Shown here: one piece after another, positions 8,266-15,994 of the stretch
How positions within the stretch are numbered: the stretch's first letter is position 1
How the letters are laid out: every line of letters begins with the position of its first letter
DNA from: Acaryochloris marina S15
GTDB taxonomy: Bacteria; Cyanobacteriota; Cyanobacteriia; Thermosynechococcales; Thermosynechococcaceae
Direction: 5' to 3'
Assembly: GCF_018336915.1 (NCBI RefSeq)
Contig: NZ_CP064923.1
Location: 4,110,001 to 4,142,000 of the forward strand
Length of the DNA: 32,000 nucleotides
Program-made: the position numbers and the translations under genes
The notes under the pieces: model-generated
Databases searched by the model: none
Seen by the model: the letters and a program-made list of their open reading frames with translations, nothing else
What the model was told of the DNA's origin: nothing

Positions 8266-9717
8266 TTAAGCGTAGGTTTGTTGGGCCAGTTGAATCGCTT
8301 TGCGACGGGCCTCGATAATTTCATCCATCTCCCGGGCTAGTTGAGGGGTGCGTTCGATCAGCACTTGCATAGCTTCGATTTCTAAAATCATGACATCCAC
8401 ATCGCTCAGGGCAACAACGGAGTTAGAACTAGGTTCCCTTGAGAGCAAAGCTGTGGCCCCAAAAAAATCTCCTTTGGATAACCTCAAGACTTCTTGATCA
8501 TGATTTGTGTGACTCAGGACATTCATCTGAACCTGACCCGCCAACAGAAAGTTCAGCTTTACCTCTTCTTGTCCTTGATAGATAATGCGTTCCCCTTTAC
8601 CAAAGGATTTAAAGTCTGCATTGGCAACCAGTTGCTCTAAGACATCTGAATGGGTCGTGATGAAACAGGGAAGCGATCGCAACTCCGTAATAATCCGATT
8701 GGTACTGCCGTTTAACTCATCCTTGTGAGGGCGTTCATGAATCAAGGTGCGAATGGGAAATGGAATCGTTAGCCCATGACGCTGGGCGGCATACCAAACC
8801 CGAGTCATAAATGCATCACGAATATCGGGAACCCGATCATAATCCCGCAAATACAAACGGACATAGTAATTGATGGATGAATCCCCATAGGCACTCGTTT
8901 GGATGATGGGTTCTGGGTCCGATAAAACTCCTGGTGTTTCCAACGCTGCTTGGCGAATCACCTGCTTAACCTTATTGGGTGGATCATCGTAGGAAAACCC
9001 TAATTCAATCGGTTCACCATGCAAGGGTTGGGGGCGGCGATAGTTGTAAAACACTTCCTTGGCCAACACAGAGTTGGGCACAATCAGCATTTCTTTGTTG
9101 CGAGTGATGAGGTGGACGGCACGCCAGTTAATTTCAATTACTTTACCAACCACGTCCCCAAATTTGAGCCAATCTCCAATCACAAAGGGGCGACCAAACA
9201 GCAGTGCAATCCCTGAAAATAAGTTACCCAGAGTATCTTGGAGGGCAAGACCAATCACAATTGAACTAACCCCTAAGGCGGTCAGCAACCCACCTAAATC
9301 GGTTTTCCAGACCAATGAGAGCACAAATGCCGTCCCAATTAAGATGAGGAAAAACCGGGTTAAATCTCTAAGGAGCTTAGGCACTTGGGCCTGCCAAGTA
9401 TGTCCCCCTGCTTCCACAAACAGCAGCACATTTACATAGGACAACGCCGCATGAATCAAAGACACCCAGAGGGATGTCTGCAGCAAGCGAATGGCCGTTT
9501 GTTCAGTATCTAAACCGATAATTTTGGTGAGGACAATAAACCCAACGAAAATCGGCAAGACCAGATTTCGCAAGATTCTCAGGGTATGGACCAAAGGCTT
9601 CCCATGTTTCTGGGAATAGACAATGGATTCATTTAAGACCAACATCAGGCAGGGAAACCCTACCATCAAGCCGCAGCTCCAGAGAAACCAGGATTGCTGA
9701 AGAAGAGAGGAAGTCAT
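8266..9717 (-). CDS. MscS-family mechanosensitive channel with a C-terminal cyclic-nucleotide-binding (CAP_ED-like) domain (bCNG-type architecture)
   Basis: Several N-terminal TM helices precede the MscS core LGNLFSGIALLFGRPFVIGDWLKFGDVVGKVIEINWRAVHL. The C-terminal beta-roll region is FGKGERIIYQGQE...LSKGDFFGATALLSREPSSNSVVA. The ORF-track start at 9783 is a TTG that overlaps the upstream gene. The ATG at 9717 (MTSSLLQQSWFLW) is preferred. Confidence 0.85.
   Translation of the reverse strand: MTSSLLQQSWFLWSCGLMVGFPCLMLVLNESIVYSQKHGKPLVHTLRILRNLVLPIFVGFIVLTKIIGLDTEQTAIRLLQTSLWVSLIHAALSYVNVLLFVEAGGHTWQAQVPKLLRDLTRFFLILIGTAFVLSLVWKTDLGGLLTALGVSSIVIGLALQDTLGNLFSGIALLFGRPFVIGDWLKFGDVVGKVIEINWRAVHLITRNKEMLIVPNSVLAKEVFYNYRRPQPLHGEPIELGFSYDDPPNKVKQVIRQAALETPGVLSDPEPIIQTSAYGDSSINYYVRLYLRDYDRVPDIRDAFMTRVWYAAQRHGLTIPFPIRTLIHERPHKDELNGSTNRIITELRSLPCFITTHSDVLEQLVANADFKSFGKGERIIYQGQEEVKLNFLLAGQVQMNVLSHTNHDQEVLRLSKGDFFGATALLSREPSSNSVVALSDVDVMILEIEAMQVLIERTPQLAREMDEIIEARRKAIQLAQQTYA
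8299..8661 (-). other. Cyclic-nucleotide-binding-like domain of the MscS protein (approximate bounds)
   Basis: The region FKSFGKGERIIYQGQEEVKLNFLLAGQVQMNV...GDFFGATALLSREPSSNSVVALSDVDVMILE has the CAP-effector-domain pattern. The phosphate-binding cassette lies at 8407-8460 (see findings). Confidence 0.7.
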
Positions 9718-9764
9718 TACTTGCACTGAGAAGACGTCAGAAGAAATGGGGAAAATGAGCGCAG

Positions 9765-11864
9765 CTAAATCTTGAGCAACCAAGCCGGGAGCTTATTATT
9801 ACCACTAATGATGACTTCACGACTATTATCAAACTCATAGATATCGCCCAGCTGGTCATGAACCGATTGGCTGACCTGAACCGTATCGCCTTCGCCGGCT
9901 GTTTGCATACGATGGGCAATATTGACCGTATCTCCCCACAAGTCATAAATAAACTTGCTGCGACCGACAATACCCGCCACCACAGCTCCAGAATTGATGC
10001 CGACTCGGGCTCGCAATGCAGTTTGATGGGTTTGATTGAACCGCTGGACAATACGGGTAATCTCAATACCAAAGTCCATAATCCGTTTGGTATGGTCCAG
10101 TCGGGGAACAGACAGACCACAAACGGCCATATAGCCGCTACCAATCGTTTTAATCTTTTCTACACCGAAGCGTTCAGCAGCTTCGTCAAAGGCGCGGACT
10201 AGCTCATTGAGTAAAGCTACAATTTCACTGGCAGGCAGTATTTCTGCTAAATCAGTGAATCCAATTAAGTCTGCAAATAACACCGTGACATTGGCATAGC
10301 TATCGGCAATTTGCTCCTCACCACTTTTTAAGCGTTGGGCAACCGGTTCAGGCAAAATACAAGAGAGCAATTGCTCATTTTCCTGGCTTTGTAGTTCTAA
10401 CGCTTGGGTTTTATTAGATAAACTTTCCACCATTTGGTTGAAAGAAACCGCCAAATCATGGAACTCATCTTGAGAACTGACAGAGACAGTGACGTCGGTA
10501 TTGCCTTCACTGAGGTGCCGAAAACCCGTAATCAAGGTTTGGATAGGCTTTACAAACAAACGGGATAGAAAAAGCGCCAGAACAGTGATCACCAAGATCA
10601 AAATTGCGGTTGAAATCAGGACTTGCTTCTGAAATTCGGTAATGGGAGCAAAAGCTTCGTCTGCATCCATTTCAGCCAAGATGGCCCAGTCCAGACCTTT
10701 GACTTGGAGGGTACTATAGGAGCTGAGAACAGGAATTCCCCGATAATCATCAATAATATCGATACCCGAATTACCTAGCAGGGCTCGCTGAGCTGCAATT
10801 GTTTTGACTTCTTGCTCCAAAATTGAGTTCTTCTGCCGCCGCATTCGCTCAATTTGTTGAGATTCGAGACCACTTTTGGCCAAGGATTGAAAATAGTTGG
10901 AAGAGTTTTCTAATAAGAAACGAGAATTAGACCGCAACAGAAAATCTGAGCCAACTAAATAAGTTTCCCCACTCGTCCCTAGACCCATTTCTTGCCACCG
11001 TTGACCGTTGGTCATGACTTCGTCAATCTTCTTGATATTGACCTGAAGAGCCATCACGCCAATCAGTTCTCCTCCCTCGAATAAAGGGCTGGCAATAATG
11101 GCAGCGGGACTATTAAGAGAGGGGCGATAGGGTTCAAAATCTGTGAAGGTTACGAACTTAGGCTCTCCTTTACGAACGACCTCCCGGAATGCTTGGGCTA
11201 AGACACTTTGAGAATAGGGACCTGACTCTAAATCAGTACTAAAATCAACCCCTTTATAGGTGCTGTAGACGACTTTGCCAGATTTAGGATCGATCAAAAA
11301 CAGATCTTCATAGGTGAATTCTGAGACTAAAGAGCGGAATGCTGGATGATATCGTCGATGCACTTGGGTATATTTGCTACCATCGCCTGGATCATCAATT
11401 TGGACTTTTTCGTCAAAATCCGGCGTTTTAATGGTGTAGTGATACTGCAAATAGACATCACTATTGCCCAAAGGCAAATAGGTTTGGACCTGGGGTTCCC
11501 CAGCTATATTGGCGTCTAAGGGCTGGATAAATTCTTTTTGGTAATAGGCTTGAATCGCTGGCTGCCACTGGCTTGGAATTTTTTTGGAATTAAGTTCCTG
11601 GTGGGCTTGCTTAAACGCTTTCATGGCCTCTTTGGTGGTGGGATTACCACTGAGAAAGCGCATTTGGCGGTTCAGTTGATCAAAGAATGATCGCACCTCA
11701 TAGCTTTTAGTAGTGCGTAAGCTGGTGAGCTGGTTAAAAATACGGCGGGTTAACGCAGCTTTACCGCTGTTGTAACCAATAAAAGCAATTACTAGGATTG
11801 AGCTTACGCTGACCCCTAGGAACATCAGGGTCAATTTAGATTGAATACTTAACTTCTTCAGCAC
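9765..11864 (-). CDS. Membrane-bound class III adenylate/guanylate cyclase-domain protein: TM, extracytoplasmic Cache-like sensor, TM, HAMP, cyclase homology domain
   Basis: The N-terminal TM is LMFLGVSVSSILVIAFIGY. A roughly 380-aa extracytoplasmic region carries Cache-like strings (PAAIIASPLFEGGELIGVMALQV; DYRGIPVLSSYSTLQVKGLDWAILAEM). The second TM is ISTAILILVITVLALFLSRLF. The HAMP is VKPIQTLITGFRHLSEGN...FHDLAVSFNQMVESL. The cyclase domain is VTVLFADLIGFT...EKIKTIGSGYMAV...YDLWGDTVNIAHRMQ. The ORF-track start at 11894 is TTG. GTG at 11864, 9 nt after AGGAAG, is my preferred start, but it is uncertain. Confidence 0.85.
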   Translation of the reverse strand: MLKKLSIQSKLTLMFLGVSVSSILVIAFIGYNSGKAALTRRIFNQLTSLRTTKSYEVRSFFDQLNRQMRFLSGNPTTKEAMKAFKQAHQELNSKKIPSQWQPAIQAYYQKEFIQPLDANIAGEPQVQTYLPLGNSDVYLQYHYTIKTPDFDEKVQIDDPGDGSKYTQVHRRYHPAFRSLVSEFTYEDLFLIDPKSGKVVYSTYKGVDFSTDLESGPYSQSVLAQAFREVVRKGEPKFVTFTDFEPYRPSLNSPAAIIASPLFEGGELIGVMALQVNIKKIDEVMTNGQRWQEMGLGTSGETYLVGSDFLLRSNSRFLLENSSNYFQSLAKSGLESQQIERMRRQKNSILEQEVKTIAAQRALLGNSGIDIIDDYRGIPVLSSYSTLQVKGLDWAILAEMDADEAFAPITEFQKQVLISTAILILVITVLALFLSRLFVKPIQTLITGFRHLSEGNTDVTVSVSSQDEFHDLAVSFNQMVESLSNKTQALELQSQENEQLLSCILPEPVAQRLKSGEEQIADSYANVTVLFADLIGFTDLAEILPASEIVALLNELVRAFDEAAERFGVEKIKTIGSGYMAVCGLSVPRLDHTKRIMDFGIEITRIVQRFNQTHQTALRARVGINSGAVVAGIVGRSKFIYDLWGDTVNIAHRMQTAGEGDTVQVSQSVHDQLGDIYEFDNSREVIISGNNKLPAWLLKI
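9795..10292 (-). other. Class III cyclase homology domain (approximate bounds)
   Basis: It spans ANVTVLFADLIGFTDLAE through GDTVQVSQSVHDQL. The motifs are listed in the parent CDS. Confidence 0.8.
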
Positions 11865-12379
11865 TCGTGGAGTCTTCCTCAGACAATCGGTCAAGGTCTT
11901 GCACTTGGCTTGTTTTTACCATGCTTCGTACCGTTTATGGCTGAAAAATCTTGTTTTTGCTACGACTGTAGAGATATTGGAGTTAAATTCTGAAAGAAGG
12001 GAATCTTAGAGTTATCGAAATCGACTTTATCGTCAGGCTGATAACATCCGTTTTTCAACATTATGTGCCTATCCTCAAAAAGCTTCATCTCGCCTGATCC
12101 TTATCCAACAATGCATTTCAGCCAAATGTTATCCATATATTTAGCCAGATTCAAGTCTTTAGACTTTATGTATCTTTACTTAACAAGGACTTAATTTGTA
12201 CTTTCTTATACTATATTTAAGTTAAGAAAAGATAACCTTAAGCACTGTTGCCAGACAGTCTGATTTGGTGCGCAAACTTGTGATTTGGGAAGTGCTAACA
12301 ACTTCAAAAGCAACTAAGTTTGCAATGGCTCAAGGGTATTTAGAACGCAGTTTTGGAGTTGTGAGGATAACGCGACGTG

Positions 12380-14092
12380 ATGCAGCAACAACTCATGTCA
12401 TCCCCGCTTGCTAATGGCGCACTGCAGCGATATGACGCCCGTAAGATCGCATCTTACTACCGCTGGCGTCCTTGGCAAGCTCTCTGGCGTTTATTCAACA
12501 TTATTTGGTTATTTGGTGGGTTTGTTTGGGGTCTGCTATGGGACCGATGGACGAACAATAGTGCGGCCCATTCTCTTCAACGGGCCATTCAAATTCGTAA
12601 AATCCTGACACGGTTAGGCCCCACCTTCATTAAAGTGGGGCAGGCTCTATCCACACGCCCTGATCTCATCCCCAAAGAATTCCTGACGGAGCTGATGTTG
12701 CTCCAAGACCAGTTGCCTCCTTTCCCGAATGACAAAGCCTTTGCCTTAATTGAATCTGAACTGCGTCAGCCCATCCGTGAGATTTATCAAGAAATTTCGG
12801 CAAAGCCCGTCGCGGCCGCCAGTTTAGGACAGGTTTATCGAGGTCGATTGTTTACGGGCGAAGAGGTGGCTATTAAGGTCCAACGCCCAAATCTAAGGCC
12901 AAAGCTGACATTGGATCTCTATCTAATGCGGCAGATGGCGGCTTCGTTTGGGCGATTTCTACCCCTCAATTTGGGCCATGACTTAACGCTAATTGTGGAC
13001 GAGTTCGGCACCAAACTGTTTGAAGAGATTGACTATATCAATGAAGGGCAAAATGCCGAGCGGTTTGCGGAAAACTTCAAAGAGTATCCTGCGGTTGAAG
13101 TGCCTGGAATTCACTGGGCTTACAGTAGCAAGAAAGTCCTGACCCTGCAGTGGATAAATGGTTTTAAGCTAACCGATAGTCAATGCGCAGTGGATGCCAA
13201 TATGGACCCGGATCGCCTGGTGCAGATTGGTGTGATTTCTAGTTTGCGTCAACTGCTGGAGTTTGGATTTTTCCATGCCGATCCACATCCTGGCAATCTC
13301 TTTGCCACGTCTCAAGGCAGTATGGCCTATGTAGATTTTGGCATGATGGATCAGCTCGATCAACCTACCAAAAATACGTTGGTAGATGCGGTCGTTCATT
13401 TGGTCAACAAAGACTATGAATTGTTAGCATCTGACTTTGTAAAGCTAGGCTTTCTTACCCCTGAGACCGATATCCGGCCCATTATCCCAGCATTGGAAGA
13501 TGTCTTTGATGACATCATTGGGGCAAAGGTCGGCGATTTCAATTTCAAAACCATTACGGATCGGTTCTCGGAGTTGATGTATGACTATCCTTTCCGAGTT
13601 CCAGCTAAGTTTGCTCTGATCATCCGATCTTTGGTTACCCAAGAAGGGGTCGCCCTGTGCCTTAATCCCGACTTCAAAATTCTGGAAGTCAGCTATCCCT
13701 ATGTAGCTCAACGCTTACTCGCTGGAGAAACGCCTGACTTTCAGCGTCGCTTACTAGAAGTGCTGTTTAAGGACGGGAAGTTCCAATGGCAGCGCTTGGA
13801 GAACCTGATTGCGATCGCACAAACGGATCAGAGTTTCGATCTCATTCCCACCGCCCGCTTAGGCATGCAGTTCTTAATGTCTGATGAGGGAGATTACTTA
13901 CGTCGTCAGGTGGTCTTGGCCTTGATCGAAGATGATCGACTGCATACCGAAGAAGTTGAGCGGCTGTGGAACTTAATTAAGGACGATTTGAAGCCAGAGA
14001 AGTTGTTTAATGTGGCCTTAGGGGCCTTGGCCGAATTCTCTGACTCCAACCTTCCCGAGTGGCTACCTCGTCCCCCCCTACCTATTTCCTAA
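12380..14092 (+). CDS. ABC1/UbiB(AarF)-family atypical protein kinase
   Basis: Motifs present are KVGQALSTRPDLIP, PVAAASLGQVYRGRL, AIKVQRP, FFHADPHPGNL and YVDFGMM. GTG at 12377 is immediately followed by ATG at 12380, and either could be the start. Confidence 0.9.
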   Translation: MQQQLMSSPLANGALQRYDARKIASYYRWRPWQALWRLFNIIWLFGGFVWGLLWDRWTNNSAAHSLQRAIQIRKILTRLGPTFIKVGQALSTRPDLIPKEFLTELMLLQDQLPPFPNDKAFALIESELRQPIREIYQEISAKPVAAASLGQVYRGRLFTGEEVAIKVQRPNLRPKLTLDLYLMRQMAASFGRFLPLNLGHDLTLIVDEFGTKLFEEIDYINEGQNAERFAENFKEYPAVEVPGIHWAYSSKKVLTLQWINGFKLTDSQCAVDANMDPDRLVQIGVISSLRQLLEFGFFHADPHPGNLFATSQGSMAYVDFGMMDQLDQPTKNTLVDAVVHLVNKDYELLASDFVKLGFLTPETDIRPIIPALEDVFDDIIGAKVGDFNFKTITDRFSELMYDYPFRVPAKFALIIRSLVTQEGVALCLNPDFKILEVSYPYVAQRLLAGETPDFQRRLLEVLFKDGKFQWQRLENLIAIAQTDQSFDLIPTARLGMQFLMSDEGDYLRRQVVLALIEDDRLHTEEVERLWNLIKDDLKPEKLFNVALGALAEFSDSNLPEWLPRPPLPIS

Positions 14093-14135
14093 ACCTCCTC
14101 TAAGAAGAACGTCCTAATAGAGAGCAGAAATTGCC

Positions 14136-15629
14136 CTAACCATAGCGCTCAGACAAGGCGGCTTGCGCTTCTTCTCGATCATCAAAATGAACCTTTTCGG
14201 TGCCTAGGATTTGGTAATCTTCATGGCCCTTACCTGCAATCAGGATAGTATCGCCGGGTTTCGCTTGTGCGATCGCAGTCTGAATCGCCACCCGTCGATC
14301 CACCTCTATAATGGGTTTCACCTGAGCTGAGATCCCCCCTAACACGTCTTGCAAAATCTGCTGAGGATCTTCAGTGCGGGGATTATCGGAAGTGACAATG
14401 GCTTGATCCGAGAGACGAGCAGCAATTTCTCCCATCAATGGTCGCTTAGTCCGATCGCGATCGCCGCCACAGCCGAACACACAGGCCATTTGGCCTTTAA
14501 CAAACGGACGGGCCGCCTTCAGCAAATTCTCTAGGCTATCGGGGGTATGGGCATAATCAACAATGACGCTAATATCCTGTTTAGGAGAACAGGTAATTTG
14601 CTGCATTCGACCGGGAACCCCAGGAAATTGAGCTAAAGCAGGGGTGATCTGCTCTAAGGTAAGGTCCAATTCCAGAGCAGCACCCACAGCAGCCAATAGG
14701 TTAGAAACATTAAACTGCCCCACCAAAGGAGAGAAGAACTCAACCGTGCCTTTCGGAGTATGGAGTTGGCCTTTAACACCAGTAGTTTCATAGCACAGAC
14801 CGCTAGTGTACAAATCAGCAGGTCCTTCAATACTGTAGGTCCAGCATTGATTCGTACCTATCTGCTCTACCAATCGTTGACCATAGGCATCATCAATATT
14901 AATGACGGCTCGCCCTTGCAAATAGTCAGGGGAAAACAGTAACGCCTTGGCAGCAAAATAATCTTCCATACCCTGGTGGTAATCCAGGTGATCTTGGGTC
15001 AAATTCGAAAACACAGCCACGGCAAACTGACAGCCCAGCACCCGTTGTTGGACCAGGGCATGGGAGCTAACTTCCATAATTCCAAACTGGCACTTAGCAG
15101 CCACGGCATCAGACAACTGCTGCTGTAGATCCACGGCAAAAGGGGTCGTGTGGGTAGACGTCACTTGGTGCCCAGGCCAACGGGCATACAGAGTGCCAAA
15201 TAAGGCCGTGGGGGATTGGGCCGTTGTCAATAAATACTCAATCAGATGGGTAGTGGTGGTTTTCCCATTCGTACCCGTCATACCCACCAGCTTTAATTTA
15301 TGGCTGGGTTGGTCATAAAATGTGGCTGCCACCTCAGCACAAGCGCGAGGCATATCCTTAAGGGAAATCACGCAGTGGGTGCCCACGTCAGACAGGTCCA
15401 CTTGATCAGAAACCAACGCAGCCGCCGCACCCGCCTCAATCGCACTTTTCCAAAAACTGCCCCCATCCACGCGAGTGCCAGGCATACCGATAAATAAGTA
15501 CCCTGGCTGCACCGCCCAGGAATTAGTGGTTAACCCTGTAATCTCTGTTTCTAGGGCTGGATGGTCAGGGGGAGGTGTCTCCCACTGATTTGTAGAGAGT
15601 TCAGCGAGTAACGTACGTAGTTTGACCAT
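14136..15629 (-). CDS. murE: UDP-N-acetylmuramoyl-L-alanyl-D-glutamate--2,6-diaminopimelate ligase
   Basis: It has the Mur ligase P-loop GMTGTNGKTTTTHL, plus DYAHTPDSLENLL and the meso-DAP-specific DNPRTEDP motif. The ATG at 15629 (MVKLRTLLAEL) is preferred over the upstream ORF-track start at 15695, which would overlap the preceding gene. Confidence 0.95.
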   Translation of the reverse strand: MVKLRTLLAELSTNQWETPPPDHPALETEITGLTTNSWAVQPGYLFIGMPGTRVDGGSFWKSAIEAGAAAALVSDQVDLSDVGTHCVISLKDMPRACAEVAATFYDQPSHKLKLVGMTGTNGKTTTTHLIEYLLTTAQSPTALFGTLYARWPGHQVTSTHTTPFAVDLQQQLSDAVAAKCQFGIMEVSSHALVQQRVLGCQFAVAVFSNLTQDHLDYHQGMEDYFAAKALLFSPDYLQGRAVINIDDAYGQRLVEQIGTNQCWTYSIEGPADLYTSGLCYETTGVKGQLHTPKGTVEFFSPLVGQFNVSNLLAAVGAALELDLTLEQITPALAQFPGVPGRMQQITCSPKQDISVIVDYAHTPDSLENLLKAARPFVKGQMACVFGCGGDRDRTKRPLMGEIAARLSDQAIVTSDNPRTEDPQQILQDVLGGISAQVKPIIEVDRRVAIQTAIAQAKPGDTILIAGKGHEDYQILGTEKVHFDDREEAQAALSERYG

Positions 15630-15657
15630 GCCCAATCCGTTGATGTTGATAAAAACA

Positions 15658-15930
15658 CTAAAGATACTTTTGCAGAAATCGCTGCAATTGCTCAACTGAT
15701 AAGCGAGGAGCCGGACGTGGAAGGGGGGTTTCCATCGCTTGATCCGCAGCCAGGTTTTCTCGCTTAATCAATACGGGGATTTCATATTGATAGGCTTGAA
15801 ACCAATCCTCACGACTCGTAATATCGCGAATTTCGAGTTCCATGGGGGGATCTTGGATTTGCTCTAGTTTTTCTTGTAAACCTTCGCACAGGTGGCATCC
15901 TGGTTTACTGTACAAAATCAAGGTAACCAT
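15658..15930 (-). CDS. Glutaredoxin-like (thioredoxin-fold, DUF836-type) small protein
   Basis: The product is 90 aa. MVTLILYSKPGCHLCEGL contains a CxxC redox motif at the expected position after beta-1, and YEIPVL lies downstream. The gene lies 28 nt upstream of murE on the same strand. Confidence 0.7.
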   Translation of the reverse strand: MVTLILYSKPGCHLCEGLQEKLEQIQDPPMELEIRDITSREDWFQAYQYEIPVLIKRENLAADQAMETPLPRPAPRLSVEQLQRFLQKYL

Positions 15931-15994
15931 GGTTGCAGCACAGATGACACAACGCCGAAAACAAGATCAGCCTCTGGATTTTAGCTTAGATGGT

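Noticed and set aside
11937-11993. An 18-codon Cys-rich mini-ORF (MAEKSCFCYDCRDIGVKF) in the long AT-rich intergenic region.
   Set aside because: There is no Shine-Dalgarno sequence upstream. It is too short to evaluate without conservation data. Chance ORFs of this size are expected.
12279-12295. A CRP/SYCRP1-like half-site, TGTGA-N6-AAGTG, upstream of the ABC1 kinase gene. It was considered because a cyclase gene is adjacent.
   Set aside because: Only the left half matches the TGTGA-N6-TCACA consensus. The right half does not.
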